Positions 39,592 through 54,720 of a DNA stretch of 64,000 nucleotides are shown piece after piece. The notes beneath the pieces are model-generated. The model saw nothing but the letters and a program-made list of their open reading frames with translations, had not been told where the DNA came from and did no database searches. Positions within the stretch are counted from its first letter, which is position 1. The number at the start of each line of letters is the position of its first letter. Position numbers and translations under genes: made by a program. Where the stretch lies: NCBI GenBank assembly GCA_964016885.1, contig OZ024742.1, positions 141,732,001 to 141,796,000 on the forward strand, read 5' to 3'. The DNA comes from Eledone cirrhosa (Eukaryota).

Positions 39592-42500
39592 GTTCTTCTG
39601 GTTTTATAATTTCACAAAGTTTTACCAATAGAGAGAGAGTCGGTTTCTAACATAGACACAAGACTCTCTCATTGGAATTTACATAACATCACTTAGGTAG
39701 ATATGTATGTATGCATGCATGTGTAGATATGGATATTATTGTATGTGTGGATGTGTATGTTTAGAGTTGTATGTGTGCATGTGTATATGCTTTGTATCTG
39801 TACATGTGTATATGCAGTTATTAGATGAAAAATTGTTGGAATGTTTTACATATTTTTACTGTTCCATTAATGGATTGTACTTGTAATTTCCTAACTAGTT
39901 GTGTTATTAGATTCTGTTCCTGTGAAGCCTAGCTTCTCAAGATTTGTATTGAGGCAGTTACTAACATACCCCAGTACCCCAATAATCACAGGCATAAATC
40001 TGAAGGTGTAATCAGGGTGGAGTATCTGCAGATTTCTCATCAGTTCTGCATAAATATTCTCCTTTTCACTAATCTTTGATATTATATTGGCATCTGCTGG
40101 GCAGTTAATTTCCACTACTGTGCATGTTTTCTTCTCCCTGTCCCATATCATAATATCTGGGCTGTTATGCCTGCATTTTATTGGCGTTTTTACTGGAACA
40201 TTCCACCAGTATTCTTTCATATTATGTACATGGATGTCTTCCACATTGTTGTAGCTTTAATGTGTTTATTATCGGAGCTATCTTTTTTACGAACTGCATT
40301 GTACAGTGTTTTGGCCACTACATCATGCCTCATAGGTAGATAGTACCGCGATGACATCTTTGGCCAGTTGCTGATGACATGGGTGATATCCTCGATGTTA
40401 GTTCTGCAGAGTCTGCACTTGTTATCACATCTAGGTGTGTTGCCTGCATCTCTATCTCTTTTGTGAATCAGGTATTCCGTGTTGATTTCCTGTTCTTGGA
40501 TTGCAAAAGCGTATCCTTCAAAGTGGGAGCCAATATAGCGGTTGCTGGTCCAAGGTAGACTACTTTCCTTATCTATATTACTCTCACTCTGGAGCTTCCT
40601 GGCAACATATCCATGCATGATTTTTTGCTGATAGACATGCAGTTTTTCATCCTTGGATTCACTGCGATACTGCTGAGCGACTTCCCTGGGTGTGAGCTTT
40701 TGATTATCACACAGGGAATATCTCTCAAGGAGTTCCTTCCCAACTCTCATGATCTTATCTGTTTCATGCAGATAGACTTGCTCGAGAAGCGGGCTCCTAC
40801 GCTTCGAGGTTCGTAGATGTTGTCGGAGAGATATGATGCGTCATTCAAATGTTGTCTGGACTGATGTTAGGCCTCTGCCTCCCTGCTTACGTTTCAAGTA
40901 AAGTCGGTCTATGTCACTGTAGATGTGGAAGTTTCCGGTGTTGTTCAGTATTTTTCGAGTTCCAACATCAACTGCTCAGATTTCGTCTATTGTCCAATTG
41001 AGTATTCCAAACACATTGTGAGCCACTGTTTTGTTTTACGCAGAGAGTTCCGATGACCAGATCTTTCTTAATCGGGTGTAGTATTCCCTGGTTACGCGTT
41101 CTTTATTACAGATACCATTATAGGATATGTTCTCATCTATCCCCAGGTATCTGTAGCAGTCCTCATCAGATATCGGTGAAACAGTTAGACGATTGATGAC
41201 AATGTTGCTAGATTGGGTTGTTGTTTTTCCCTGCTTTACAGTCATGTATGAGCATTTATCTTGGCCAAACTCCATTCCTATATCCTTTGAGAACGTTGTA
41301 ACCAGGTCAAGATTTTTCTTCATCCCATCCATGTTCTTGGCATAGAGTTTCAGATCGTCCACAAATAAGTTATGGGTTAGGTTCATATTTCTGTCCTCCT
41401 GTGAGCCAATGATGTATCCCTCACATTTCTGGAGCAGAAAGGACAAGGGGTTTAATGACAAGATGAACAATATCACAGAGAGACTGTCCCCCTGAAATAT
41501 ACCCCTGCAATATTTTATTTTATCAGTGAAAATAGAGTCCTCCCTCTCTGTCTTTAACCTTAGGATAGTAGCCCAAGAAGAAGACAGCCTCTCTATGGCT
41601 CTGACAATAATGTCTGGGACTTTAGCAAGTTGGAGGGCCTCTATCATCCAAGAGTGGGGAACAGAATCGAAAGCTTTCCTGTAGTCCAGCCAGACTGTAG
41701 TCATATTCCTCCTAAGTTGTCGCACCTCCGACATCGCAGTTTTGTTGATTAGGAGTTGTTCAGCACATCCCCAAACCCTTTTCTTTCCAGCTGCTTGTTC
41801 ATCTGTGATGATGTTATTATTTTCACAGTGATCTTGGAGGAATAGGTTCAGGCAGACTATATACATCTTATACATCAGGTTCTGGCATGCAATGGGTCGT
41901 TAGTTTTTTGCCAAGTGGGTGTCTTTGTTCTTGGGGACCAGTAACGTTTGTGCTAATGTCAACCATTCTGGTATAAGTGTATCTCCCTTAAGAACTTGTT
42001 GGTAGAGGCCAGTAAGATACCTCCGATAGAATATTAGTTTTTTGTACCAGTAGCCGACAATCATGTCTCTTCCTGGTCTTTTCTTATCTTGGAATTTTCC
42101 TATCACAGTCTCAAGAGTACCCTCACTTATTTCGTATGTTTTTGTTGTAGTGTAGGAGCAATAGTTCTTTCGGATTTCTCTTAGCCACACTGCATCTTGG
42201 TTGAAATTCTTTTTTTCACCCATATTTTTCTCTAAAAGGAATCTATGTCTTTCTGGGATGGGGCCTCAGTGACACTTATTATTTTGCCCTTCATATCTCT
42301 ATAGACTGATGTTTGGTTTCGTCTGAATCTTTTATTAAGCATTTTTCTCTCGTCTACCTTCTTCAGGTATCGGCGCTTTTCGCTAACAGCTCTCAATTCT
42401 TGTTTGAAGGTAATCAGCTTATATTGGAGAGGTCTGGTTCTACTGTTATCAAACATCGTCTCTATTTTATTTTTCACTCTTTGTTGGTGAGGAGTGAGGT

Positions 42501-43666
42501 TTTTTTGTGTTTGTTTGCATGTAAGGAGCATTGTCACATGTCCTATGTTTTTTCGTAGGTCAGTACTCTTTTTTTCTATTTTAGTTATATATGATGGTAT
42601 TTTTGGTGGTGTTTTGTTCTTGTTAATATCTCTGCTATCACCAAGATAATGCTTCACTGTCATTGCTAAGGTATATAAACAGGCGTTAATTTGCCAAAAT
42701 ATTGGGGGTTTTATCCGTCGTAAATATTCATCCCCTATTTCGTCAATAACACGTAGTATTTCATTATTTGGTTTTTTATTCACCATTGTCATTTTAACAC
42801 GTTCAGCAAGAGAGATATTTATACATGAGTTAATTTCTCTCTGGAAGATTTCGTTGAGGGAAATTTTCAATTGTTTATACTTTTGATTATCATTATCGAT
42901 AGTATTTTCCACAACAGTCGAGGTAGACTCGGATGGTACACGTGGTGTCAAATTTCTTCGATTATTATTATTATCGATAGTGTTTTCCCCAGCATTCGAG
43001 GTAGACTTAGATGGCACAGGTGGTGTCAAGTTTCTTACAGGCACAGTTGTTTCAAGGCGCTGTTCGACTTGGCTGCTAGGAAGTCTAGTAGCATGGCGAT
43101 CTGTAGCACGTGTTGTTGATTCCATGTTTGTTGTGGGGGGACTTACAATTAATAATATTTATCTTATTTTTACGTTCAACAAACGTCGCTTGTTGGCGTA
43201 ATTGTTTCGCTGTGAAATAATTTAGCTCTGGGTGCATTTAGTCCCAGTGTAGCTTCATTCTATTCATATAGCCAATGGAGGGATTGTTTTTTGCCATTTT
43301 ATAACAATTAAATAAATCATCATTAAGTTCGCAACTCCAAGAGAAATGGGATTTATAATTTCGGTTTCTTCTGTAGCTACAACTGAATAAAGTTTGATTA
43401 CCTTCTCTGTTATTTGTCTTCGATACTTCCTTAATTTTGTTGTGTTCAACCATGCTGTTTGTAGCAAATCCTTGTAAAATGAATTATGTATTTAGTCGGA
43501 CATCTCTACGAATTCGAATAAAAGGTGTCTTCAGAAGGGATAGTTTGAAGAATAACCAGTTATTCAACCTGGCTGTAGTCGTGGCATTACTGTCGGAGAT
43601 AGTATTCATCTTAAATTTAATAAATAGTCTCCCACGCCAAAATATGCGACTGATCGCGTTGACTGG
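39592..43666 (-). mobile_element. Near full-length R4/Dong-type RLE non-LTR retrotransposon in (TACA)n
   Basis: Single disrupted ORF with RT, CCHC and RLE domains; TATG repeats at both ends. Confidence 0.9.
39822..43610 (-). pseudogene. Disrupted RT / zinc knuckle / restriction-like endonuclease ORF
   Basis: WLDYRKAFDSVPHSW, GIFQGDSLS, HNLFVDDLKLY, YRYLG, CRLC....EDITHV, PDIMIWD...VVEI.CP. Confidence 0.9.
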
Positions 43667-43939
43667 TATGTGTATGTATGTATGTATGTATGAATGTATG
43701 TATGTATATTCACGTGACAGTGCTTGAGTTAGTATCCATTCAACCAATTTTTAATGGTAATTGTGTGAATTATCCCACTTCAGACCAGAAGATTAAGAAT
43801 CGTCTTCAAATTTTATCTTTTTGACATTTCACCTATTTCACAATTTCAAATACGTTAAACAAATTAAATGTGACGTCTAAGTCAAAGTTCACAATTGTGT
43901 TTACTTACAAGTCACTGTTTATTTGTATATATATATATA

Positions 43940-43994
<55 letters not shown>

Positions 43995-44171
43995 ATATAT
44001 ATATGTGTGTATTTCTAGTGTGTATACATGTGAGTATTTCTGTGTATATGTGTACGGGTATTCGTCGTGTGTATGGGTGTGAGCGAGTGAGCGTGTGTAA
44101 TGTTATATATTTTAAGATTGTCAACTTTTGTCGTTAGCCTCACCTCTCCTCTCCTTCTCCCCCTCTCTCTC

Positions 44172-44204
<33 letters not shown>

Positions 44205-44223
44205 GCACACACACACACACACG

Positions 44224-44266
<43 letters not shown>

Positions 44267-45019
44267 GTGGGTGAGAGTGAGTCTGCTAGTGTGTATGTGT
44301 GTGTATATTAGTGATCAAAATATTTTTTAAGATGCAACGAGAGTATAATCTCGCTGCATCTACAAACTAGAATGAGGTGGTTGACATAGGACAAATATGT
44401 CAAATTATAGATAGTTTAAAACAAATGTAGATGATTACTGTATATTGAAGGAAAATTGTCTCTAATAAAATAATAAGGCACAGGTATAAAATCATCCGAT
44501 AGCCGACATGTAACTATGTAAAACGACCAAAATGTTATCTCGACCAGAGGAGATTAATAACAATAAAGTATGTTTTCCTACATGCAAAAAATGCATATAG
44601 GGACAGATATATTATCCAACCATTTGCCAATGTGGTTCTATGGTAGGTTAATAAATTAACGATCCAGAACATATATAATCAAGGTTTAGCAAATAGAGAA
44701 AAAGTTTTAAAATAAATTTTAAAAAGTTTACTGTACCTACTATATTTACTCTTACCGCACGGTTTCAAGTCTCAAAATAAATGGATAATCCATGCGGAAA
44801 TCCATTGAGAAGAAGACCTTCGTCAGAGGGTTCTTCTCACTCGGAGAATATTAAATTCCCGAGTTCAAATCACGAACTGGCGCCATACAGAACTGTTCCC
44901 GGATGAGAGTGTATGATGAAGAAACAATCTTGTCTAGTGCCGTGTGTAAAGATAGAAGGCAAGGCGGAAAGGTCCGTGTCCTGCCACTAGAAATAGCAGC
45001 AGTTAAAACGACCAAAATG

Positions 45020-45054
<35 letters not shown>

Positions 45055-45288
45055 ATAATAATAATAATAATAAAATGCGAAGTAGTTTCAGATGTTAAAG
45101 TCCTTTATTGATAATGCTGTGATACATATTTCAATGATGACAGTGGCCACACGATTCCGTGTACCCAGTGCCGTGACATCATCAGATAGTTTCTTATATA
45201 ATATGGTTACATTCCTGAGGCAATCTAAACTGAAACGAACAGGGAACGGACAAGGCGCGTGTTCTTAAATTCTTCGCTCGTTCCCCTG

Positions 45289-45352
<64 letters not shown>

Positions 45353-45411
45353 TATTAAAAAAATAATGAATAAACAAAGAAACAGTTCCTTATATTAAAC
45401 AAAAAAAGTTC

Positions 45412-45548
45412 ATTATTTTACGATCGTTTCTAGGACATATATGTGTTAGAATTGGTATGCATATTCAAAAGATCTATGTACAAAATTATACAAACTATCA
45501 GAGAGAATATACATACCTTCACATATATATGCTGTCTTCAGAAATAAT
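45412..45548 (-). ncRNA. Type I hammerhead ribozyme with ~105-nt stem II region
   Basis: attattt CTGAAGA c...a GAAAC gatc GTA aaataat; 7-bp stem I, palindromic stem III; in a TA-flanked insert 45347-45550. Confidence 0.7.
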
Positions 45549-45580
45549 CTATATATATATATAAAAATAAATAAAAATAA

Positions 45581-45631
<51 letters not shown>

Positions 45632-45632
45632 A

Positions 45633-45672
<40 letters not shown>

Positions 45673-45724
45673 AAAATAAATAAAAATAATCTATATATAT
45701 ATATATAAAAATATATAAAAATAA

Positions 45725-46610
<886 letters not shown>

Positions 46611-46811
46611 GATATAGATATATTCGATATAGATATATTCGATATGTATCATATGAAATAATACAGCCAATTTTCCACACAATACATTTAGTTAGCACCC
46701 CGAACGTTTAATTAGGAATATACTCACTTATGTCCTAATGTTTGTTGAGTGAGTTGAGAATTTGGACGGAGTATCGCTAAAAGCTTTTTCCGATAAAGTA
46801 TTTATTATATA

Positions 46812-47046
46812 TATTTATTAAAATAACAGATTAAAGTTTAAGCAAAGAATCGCTGCTTTCACCCTTAACGGGATCTTCTGAAACTCAGAGTTTCAGAAGA
46901 TCCCGTTAAGGGTGAAAGCAGCGATTCTTTGCTTAAACTTTAATCTGTTATTTTAATAAATATTTGCTCTACGGTTCTTATATATTTGATATATATTTAT
47001 CCTTATCGAGCCCTCTTTGGATTTTAGTCTTCAAATGTATTATTAT

Positions 47047-47051
<5 letters not shown>
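46812..47051 (+). mobile_element. Family B perfect palindromic insert plus tail
   Basis: Centre gaaactc-a-gagtttc; ~74-bp identical arms. Confidence 0.85.
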
Positions 47052-47112
<61 letters not shown>

Positions 47113-47139
47113 ATGTATATATAAATATATATATTATAG

Positions 47140-49765
47140 TTAAAACAGAAAACCAAAAAAAACAACAACAATGAAGCGAAGAGGGAGTACACAGCTTTAA
47201 TATTAGGTTCACGCTTGAGAGTGTGTGTGTGTGTGGCGGGGAGTTTCGGGCATAAGCCCTTCATCAGGAGAAAAGTGGGCAGGAAAAGAGTTCCGAAGGT
47301 GTGAGGGCGAAGGGGGTGGGAGGGAGGAGATAACAGTAGGAAGATGACAAGCAGGCTATATAGGGAGGAGGCGGACAGGTGTTAGAGATGGTCTGTAAGT
47401 GGTGCGGAATGTGTGTATGTGTGTGTGGAGGTGCGGTGGAGAGGGGAGGGGATGAATATGTGTGAAAGGTTGAGGGATAGGGTGGCGGTGTGGGGGGTTA
47501 GTGTATATATTAGTGAAGGTGTTAGTGGGATGTGTGTGTGTGTGTTGGTAGTGCGTGGAGTGAGAGGGAGAATGTGCTGGGGACAGTAGGAGTGAGTGTA
47601 ATGTACTGGTGTGTGTGTGTGCGTGTGGTAGAGTGGGTGTTAGTATTATTGGTGAAGGGGGGGGGGGTTAATGCGGGTTGGGTGTGGGTATTTGTATTAT
47701 TAGTTGTGGGGTGAGGGCGGGCTGGAATTGGAGGAGACGGTGAAACTTGGGAGTGTTTTAGTGGTGTTAGTAGGGGGTGTATATGGCGGTGGAGGGAAGT
47801 CGAAGGCTAAAGGAAGAGGGGTGGGTAGTTCAGGCCGGGGTGTGTGTGGGTCTGTAGGGTGAAGATGGTGTGTTGCTCGACCGTAAAGCAGGTGGCGGGG
47901 CTCCCATGGCATTGGATCAGGCCACAGTCAGTGAGGTGGTGGGCGGAATTTCCAGGGGAAACAAAGTGGCGGCGATGGGGAAACTCCCACCGAGACGAAT
48001 ATCTCGGAGGTGCTCCGTGAACTGAGCCGCCAGGCGACGTCCGGTCTGTCCGATGTAGGTTGCGTTGCAATCCGTGCAGCGAAGTATATATACGAGTTTG
48101 GAGGAGGGGCAGCGGAAGGCATGCCGGACAGAGAGAGAGTGGCCGCTGGGACTCTGGAAGGTGGTGGTGTTGAAGATGTGGGGAAGGTGTGGCAGCGAGG
48201 TCTGGAGAAGGGAAGGGAAACGGGGGGGAAGGGGGTTGGAGGGTAGGGAGCTGCGGACGAGGAAGGAGCGGAAGTTGCGCGCACGTTTGAAGGAGGGGAT
48301 GGGTGGGGATGGGAAGATGGTGGAGTTTGAGGAGTCGGACTGGAGGCGTCGGAAGAGGCGGAGGATGGTGCGGTGGAGGGGTAGGGCGTAGAGTGGTAGG
48401 TGAGGGGCAAGGGGAAACGGTGGATAGGGGTTCGGGGGCGTGGGGTGAGGGCGGTGGAGCGGTGGACGAGTGAGGGCGGCGTGCACGAGGGTGGTAACCT
48501 TTCCGGATGAAATGGCTGACCAGAGACAGGGCCTGAGTCTCAAAGTCAGCATCTCGGCTGCAGAGGCGGCGGATCCGGAGGAGTTGGGAGTAGGGAATAG
48601 AGTGTTTGGTGTGTGTAGGGTGGGAGGAGGTGAAGTCGAGGTAGGAGTGGGAGTCGGTGGGTTTGAAGAAGGCGGAGGTGACGTGGGAGCAGTAGGAGGG
48701 CTCGATGGCGACGGAGATGTCCAAGAAGTGGACGTGGGTGGTGGAGATAGAGGTGGTGAAGTGGAGGGAGGGGTGGAAGGAGCAGAAGGAGAGAAAGCAA
48801 TCGAGCTGTTCTCGGGTGAGGGTCGTGGCTCCAATACAGTCGTCGATGTAACGACCGTACAGTTCGGACGTGGGGCCGTGTACTGGGCAAAGATTTGGGC
48901 CTCAACATGGCCAACGAAAAGCTTGGCATAGTTGGGGCCCATTTTTGTGCCCATGGCTACCCCAGTGACCTGCTGGTAAAACTCACCCGAGAAGGAGAAG
49001 CAGTTAAGGGTGAGGACCAGCTCAGTGAGGAGATAGAGGGTGAGGGTGGAGGGGACGAGGGAAGGGCGAAGGTCGAAGTAGTGCCGGTGGGCGCGTAGGC
49101 CGTCGGCGTGGAGGATCACGGTGTAAAGTGACTTAATGTCTAGGGTGAAGAGGAGGGCGTGTGAGGCGGGTGTAAAAGTGAGGGAGTCGAACAGGCGAAG
49201 GGCGTGGCTGGTGTCGGAGATGTGGGAAAGGAGGGCGATGACGAGGGGGGGGCTAGGATGGAGTCAAGAAAGGCGGAGATGAGTTCTATGGGGCAGTTGC
49301 AGGCGGAGACGATGGGGCGGCCTGAGTTGTCGGGTTTGTGGATCTTGGGGAGGAAGTAAACGGTGGGTGTGCGGGGGGGGGGGAATGAGGTGGGAAGCGG
49401 GGGGGGGAGGAGACGAGGTGTTGGGGGGGGGAGGAAACTTGTTGCTAGAGGTGGTGGGGTCGGAATTATAAAGGGCGCGGTAGAAGAGGGGGTTACGGAG
49501 CTGCCTGAGGGCTTCGGCCGTGTAGAGTTCAGTATGCCACACCACCACGACGCCTCCCTTATCTGCCGGTTTGATGACGATGTCGTCGCAGCTACGGAGG
49601 GAGCGGAGAGCGAGGAGTTCGGCCCGTGAGATGTTATTCCGTTTGGAACGGCGGTGGAAGTCGAAGCGATTTACTGCGCTACAGCAGGCGTCGACGAATG
49701 CGTCTAGGGTACTAAAGTGCCCGGGTGCCGGCGTCCAAGAAGATGTTCGTCGGCCCAGGTCGAGA
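47140..49765 (-). mobile_element. 5'-truncated Neptune-like PLE (RT + GIY-YIG + pLTR with hammerhead at ~47236-47272)
   Basis: GC-rich; pLTR CTGATGA a-gggc-ttat-gccc GAAAC; TA flanks. Confidence 0.9.
47807..49760 (-). pseudogene. Frameshifted PLE reverse transcriptase/GIY-YIG ORF
   Basis: FSFSGEFYQQVTGVAMGTKMGPNYA; KPTDSHSYL...SHP.HTK.SIPYSQLLRIRRLCS; C.SS.LVYILRC..C...YIGQTGRRL...F.EH. Confidence 0.9.
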
Positions 49766-50687
49766 AATGGATATATATATATCTCAAATAATTGTTTCTA
49801 TTTTTGGCACAATGCCAGCAACCATCCCAGTGTATTACTGGTGATATACTGTTGCTCTTCTGGTAGCAAGAACGTTTGCATCGTATTGGAGAATGTTTAC
49901 TTATTTTGTCACCTGTTTACAAAGTGTATTTTTGTGTGTCCTACGTTTATTTTGAAATGCATTCTGCGTGGATCTGTGAATTCGGCATCATTGGTGTATA
50001 TGTAAATGTTATTTTCAGCTGAAATATATGAGTACCAGCAGGTTGGGAGTTTTAACCTTCTTGCGATGGACTGGCGTCTACTTTAGTAGGGAAACATGTA
50101 CTCTCAGTCACATAAGGTCAATGAAATCTCGATAATTTCATGCCTGGTGAGCCTTTTGGATTATGACATACTTTAACTCTTAACTATTGCCCCTATAAAG
50201 TCGTATATATATATGTTTTTTGATGGTGGTGGGAGGTGTTACGAGTAAATATTGTATGTTGGAGTATGTGTGAATACTTTGAAGACTTTGTTAGAGACTT
50301 GCTTTTGAAGGAGTTTGGGAAACCAGTTCATGTTCAGTTGGTACTTGTCATTTTCTGACAGTTTTCTTACGTACTGTGCCACAAAATCACAGTTCAACCA
50401 ACATTCTATTCTTCCATATCATGTCTTCTTTTTTGCCATATCAATTTCAGTATTAATTTATCGATATTTTCAAGGCGGCAGGATAGTATTTGAGGAAGAT
50501 TTGGCTGCAATTTCTTGCCGGTCGATTGATTGCGTAGAGGCTAATTCACTAGCTAAAATGTGCATGCATTTTATGTATGCATGTACATGTGTATACATAC
50601 ATATGCATGTATTTGTTTTAGTTGCATTGTGTATTAATTTATGTTTTCAGCCAATTAAAAATGTTTTACAAAATGATTATATGAAAT

Positions 50688-50866
50688 AATTGTTTCTACT
50701 TTTGGCACAAGGCCAACAATTACCCAGAGCATTACTGGTACTTTATTTTATCGACCCCGTAAGGATGGAAGGCAAAGTTAACCTCGGCGGGATTTGAACT
50801 CAGAATGGCAAGGGCCGTAACTCTATACGTCAAAGCATGGCATACCGATACTGCCAATCCACCGCC
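50688..50866 (-). mobile_element. Full-length SINE with TSD gattatatgaaataat
   Basis: TSD 50675-50690 and 50871-50886. Confidence 0.9.
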
Positions 50867-52054
50867 GTTGGATTATATGAAATAATCAACATTCATGTCA
50901 TGCCTTCATAATGAATATCATTGGTTTCATATCATGTGATAGCTGTGATGTCTGTTCCGTGACAATATTTGAAGATTATTGTTATATATCATAGGCTTAA
51001 AGAGGTAACTTCTGGATGGATATAGTCTGTCGATTAAATTGTCTCCAGTATTTGATTGATAATCATTGTAACGACTAAGCAATGAGGAAAGACATATTTG
51101 ACTTAGACGGGTTTTGAATTATATACATAAACTAATCTTAAGTAGTAGAGAACACGTTCTTCAAAACTGTACCGTATCTGCCAATCTTACATTTCCTGAT
51201 TGGCCTTTAAAACAAAACATAAAATGTAAAATGGGCGTTTTCAAATCCTTGGATTTTATTCAAGAATTTGAAACCACCTATTTTACTTCAACTATGCTGA
51301 AAATTTAACACAGACATGCATAGATATCATAACATTTGGTTCTTGCCCTTTTTAAAATTTAAATACAAACTCATTTGCTTACTCAAAGGAAATCGATATT
51401 ATCTAGTAAAGCTCACCTAAATATACCATAGAAAATCGTTGGAAATGTAAATATAAATCCTAATATGAACGTCATCAAAGATCTACCTTGGTTTTAGAAT
51501 GCTAAGTCTCTTGATTTAAGTGTTTATATTTGAATAATCATCTTCCGTTCATATAAGAAACCTTTATTAAATTATATTACAAATACCCTCACAATGATTC
51601 ATGGTTATTGAAAAATATATTGATACGTATATTTAAATAAAAATACGGCCACGAAAATGTTAAATAAGAAAACTAAAGTTGTAAACCGTTGAGATAAGAC
51701 TACATCAACACGGACTCATTGGATTTAAATCAGTTTTGAAATGGCTTCACTTAATAATTAATTACACCAATTCAGTCAATTTCTTTCTAGTTTTAATTTT
51801 ATATGGCAATGACAGAAAACGAGCAAACTGTTCCAGCCAATGAAAGAGAGCATAGGTGGACGTCAAATCTGCTAGAAATAGCAGCCAAAGTTCCCTCATA
51901 TCACACTACCTTCTTTAAAAATGGAAGACACATCGAATAACGTAGTCCGTGACAGAATACAATTAGTCATGTTTGGTAAACATTTGATCATAGGTATATC
52001 TAACCAGAGATAAGATAGAATTAATTAACAACACCAATCAGTTGACAGCAGAAA

Positions 52055-52272
52055 CAGGTTTAAATACCGCCATGGAATATCTGTGTGCAGTGTTTGGTAA
52101 AAGACTATCTGTAAGCTACGAAGGAACTTCTGATTATGTGGCAGAGATAGCAATGATCAGATATTAAGAGAACCTCAGCTCTGAGCAAGTTTGTAATGGA
52201 AATAAAACTACAGCATGTTGGCAGTTTATCTGTTGGAGAACTTTATCAGTGATGACTGAAGAAACAACTGCC
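52055..52272 (+). pseudogene. Degenerate Tigger/pogo transposase fragment
   Basis: Manual translation RFKYRHGI../VFGKRLSVSYEG..DYV...ENLSSEQVCNGNKT...W....RTL, resembling RFKxRHGI..GExxSA..EQxYNADETGLxW. Confidence 0.5.
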
Positions 52273-52451
52273 GTGTTTTACAACAGTACAGCTTTGTCAA
52301 TATAGCTTTGTCAATACAGCTTTGATAAATATAAAATTATAGCTTTTAAACTTTCAAGATACTCTCAGAAAGAAGGAAAAATATAAACAAGGCATATCCA
52401 TGAAAATGAACCAATCTGTTGTTATTGTAACATGCTTCATTAACGCATATA

Positions 52452-52842
52452 CAAACCTGACAACCTCTAAAAACCCAAATGGAGAGTACCATGAAAAAAG
52501 TGCCTCAAAACGGGGAGAAATGAGGCAAAATGGGGAGATTTTACATAATTGTTTCTACTTTAGGCACAAGGCCAGCAATTACCCAGTGCATTACTGGTAC
52601 TTTATTTTATCGACCCCGTAAGGATGAAAGGCAAAGTCAACCTCGGCGGGATTTGAACTCAGATCGTAAAGGGACGTAACTATGCTGGAAAGCATGGCGT
52701 CCGACCCTCTACCGATACTGCCAATCCACCGGAGATTTTACATAATGAAAGCTATACCCATTTTCATAAGAAAAGACATCTCTCATACACCCCAAATTGG
52801 GTGGGAGATCTCCCCGTCCAACGGGGAGAGTTGACAGGTCTG
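52452..52842. mobile_element. MITE (DNA transposon derivative) with apparent 6-bp TSD catata
   Basis: Imperfect TIRs caaacctgacaac / gttgacaggtctg; subterminal ggggaga motifs. Confidence 0.6.
52547..52730 (-). mobile_element. SINE nested in the MITE, TSD ggagattttacataat
   Basis: TSD 52534-52549 and 52731-52746. Confidence 0.9.
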
Positions 52843-54286
52843 CATATAGCTGGTAACCTGTCTATTTCTAGAGAAAGCAGTAAATAATATTTTTGTGGAA
52901 GTAAAGCAATTTTCAAACTGTTAATTTAAGATTATGTATGTTTAACTCCCCCCTCTCCACATTCTCTCTCTTTCTTGACTAAATGGCTGAAATAACAGAT
53001 TGAGATATTTGTTTTGTTGAATAGGATTGTTTTTAATCAAATTATATGTTTAGGGAGTTTTTTTTTTTCATTAAGCTATTTTCTATTGGTTTTAGATATG
53101 TTTACTATTTTTTTTAGATTATAGCTATAATCTCGTGTGTTCATATCTATTAAGGTGGGTGGGAAATGCAGCATTTTGTCTTTTGAAGAGAATTTGTAGC
53201 GATTTTGGCATTTTTTTATGGACTCATTGTTACTCACGTTATACACACTGGGAATTAAATTCTTTCCACTAAATATTAAGTATGAAACAAATTCCCTCTT
53301 TCGTAAAGTAAAGTGGATTAATCAATACATTTTTATTTAATATTCATTAGTAAAGGTCTGTGTGTATCCAGTTTAAAATAGGTACAACGTACACCTGCGT
53401 ATCATAACAGATGACTAAAAGTTTTGGTGCCAAGAAGGGCATCTGATGTAAAAGAACTGCTTCATAAATGGCTCTATGATGGGTGTGAGGTCTATCATGG
53501 GGTCCGGAAATCTAAACACTGCTTTAACAGGGAACATTCCCTTAAAACAATTGCTGTTGTATTCATAAGAAAAGAAAATATATATCTTTGTGAATTTATC
53601 TGTGGACAGAATAATCAATTAGTGGTGGAGGTGTAGTTCGATTTGCCCAATATAAAGTGACTTTAGTGAAATTGTTTTCTTGCAGAAAATATATAATTTA
53701 ATAAAGAGGTGGATCCTTAAGAGACTTCTTTTTCTGCATTCAACAATCTACAGATGTTTCAAGTAGCAATTTATTTCAGTGAACAATACGACACTCAAAT
53801 AGAAAATACAGCAGAGAAAACAAATTTCCTCATTATCCTCATACGTAAATATTTGAAAGATTTTACAGCAACCATTATAAGTTATGATGATAAAACAAAC
53901 ATTGTTGATTTACGCAAAACAAAGGATAAAAGTTGGGAACTTCGAGATAATCTGAAAATGTTATTTGTAAAAACTATTTGAAGAAGTATTTGAAAATTGA
54001 CTGTTCCTCTAACATTCGACATTTAAAAAAACCCTCTAGCATTTTCATGTTTTCGCTTAACATTACGCTATTTCTTATTTAACTATTTATTTATGAAGAA
54101 ATAAATAGATAAAAGATATTACATTGCTTTTTGTGAACAATGACGCTGTTGTTTACAATCAAAGGTTTATTAAAACTTGCTCTAACGGCAGTGACAAGAG
54201 AGCTTTTGTGCCATCCGGGTGGAATAAATATTACAATTGTGATCTTCGATTCGGGGTCGATGAAATAAATTGAATCGACTTACAAC

Positions 54287-54720
54287 CTTCTTCTTCTTCT
54301 TCTTCTTCTTCTTCGTCGTCGTTAGATATCGCCTATTCTCAACAAGCTACATATCACGGATCAACATCTTGGTTTTTCTTCTGCTGTTCTTCTATATTCA
54401 CTGTATTTTAAGCTTGTCTAATTCTTGATATTATCCACACGCGTAATTCTTCGTTTTCTTCTTCCACTTTTCCCATTCATTTTACTCGCTATTAATAATT
54501 TCTGTAAACTGTTCACCGTTTTTCTTTTTAATTAAATGTCAAAAATATTTTAGTTTTCTCTCTTTGATGGTCTCTAATAAAAATGTTCTTTGTCTTCGCC
54601 ATTTTTTTTTTTTTTTTGTATGTCATCATTGGTTTTGTGTTCCGTCCGTGATATTCTCAGAATTATAGTTACCATATATTTTGTATACATCAATTTATTT
54701 TATACTTGTGTTTCCTAATT
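54287..54720 (-). pseudogene. Degenerate RTE-clade LINE 3' fragment with (GAA)n tail
   Basis: Minus-strand LRISRTEHKTNDD, TIKERKLKYF motifs. Confidence 0.5.

Noticed and set aside
45117-45190. Minus-strand CTGATGA...GAAAtatGTA
   Set aside because: Core present but stem I does not pair convincingly; at most a decayed copy
46887-46930. Family B hammerhead-like motif (CAGAAGA tccc-gttaa-gggt GAAAgcagc)
   Set aside because: U4 altered and no NUH triplet in any copy; not called as a ribozyme
47928-49629. Overlapping Pro/Gly-rich ORFs on both strands
   Set aside because: Shadow frames of the GC-rich PLE ORF
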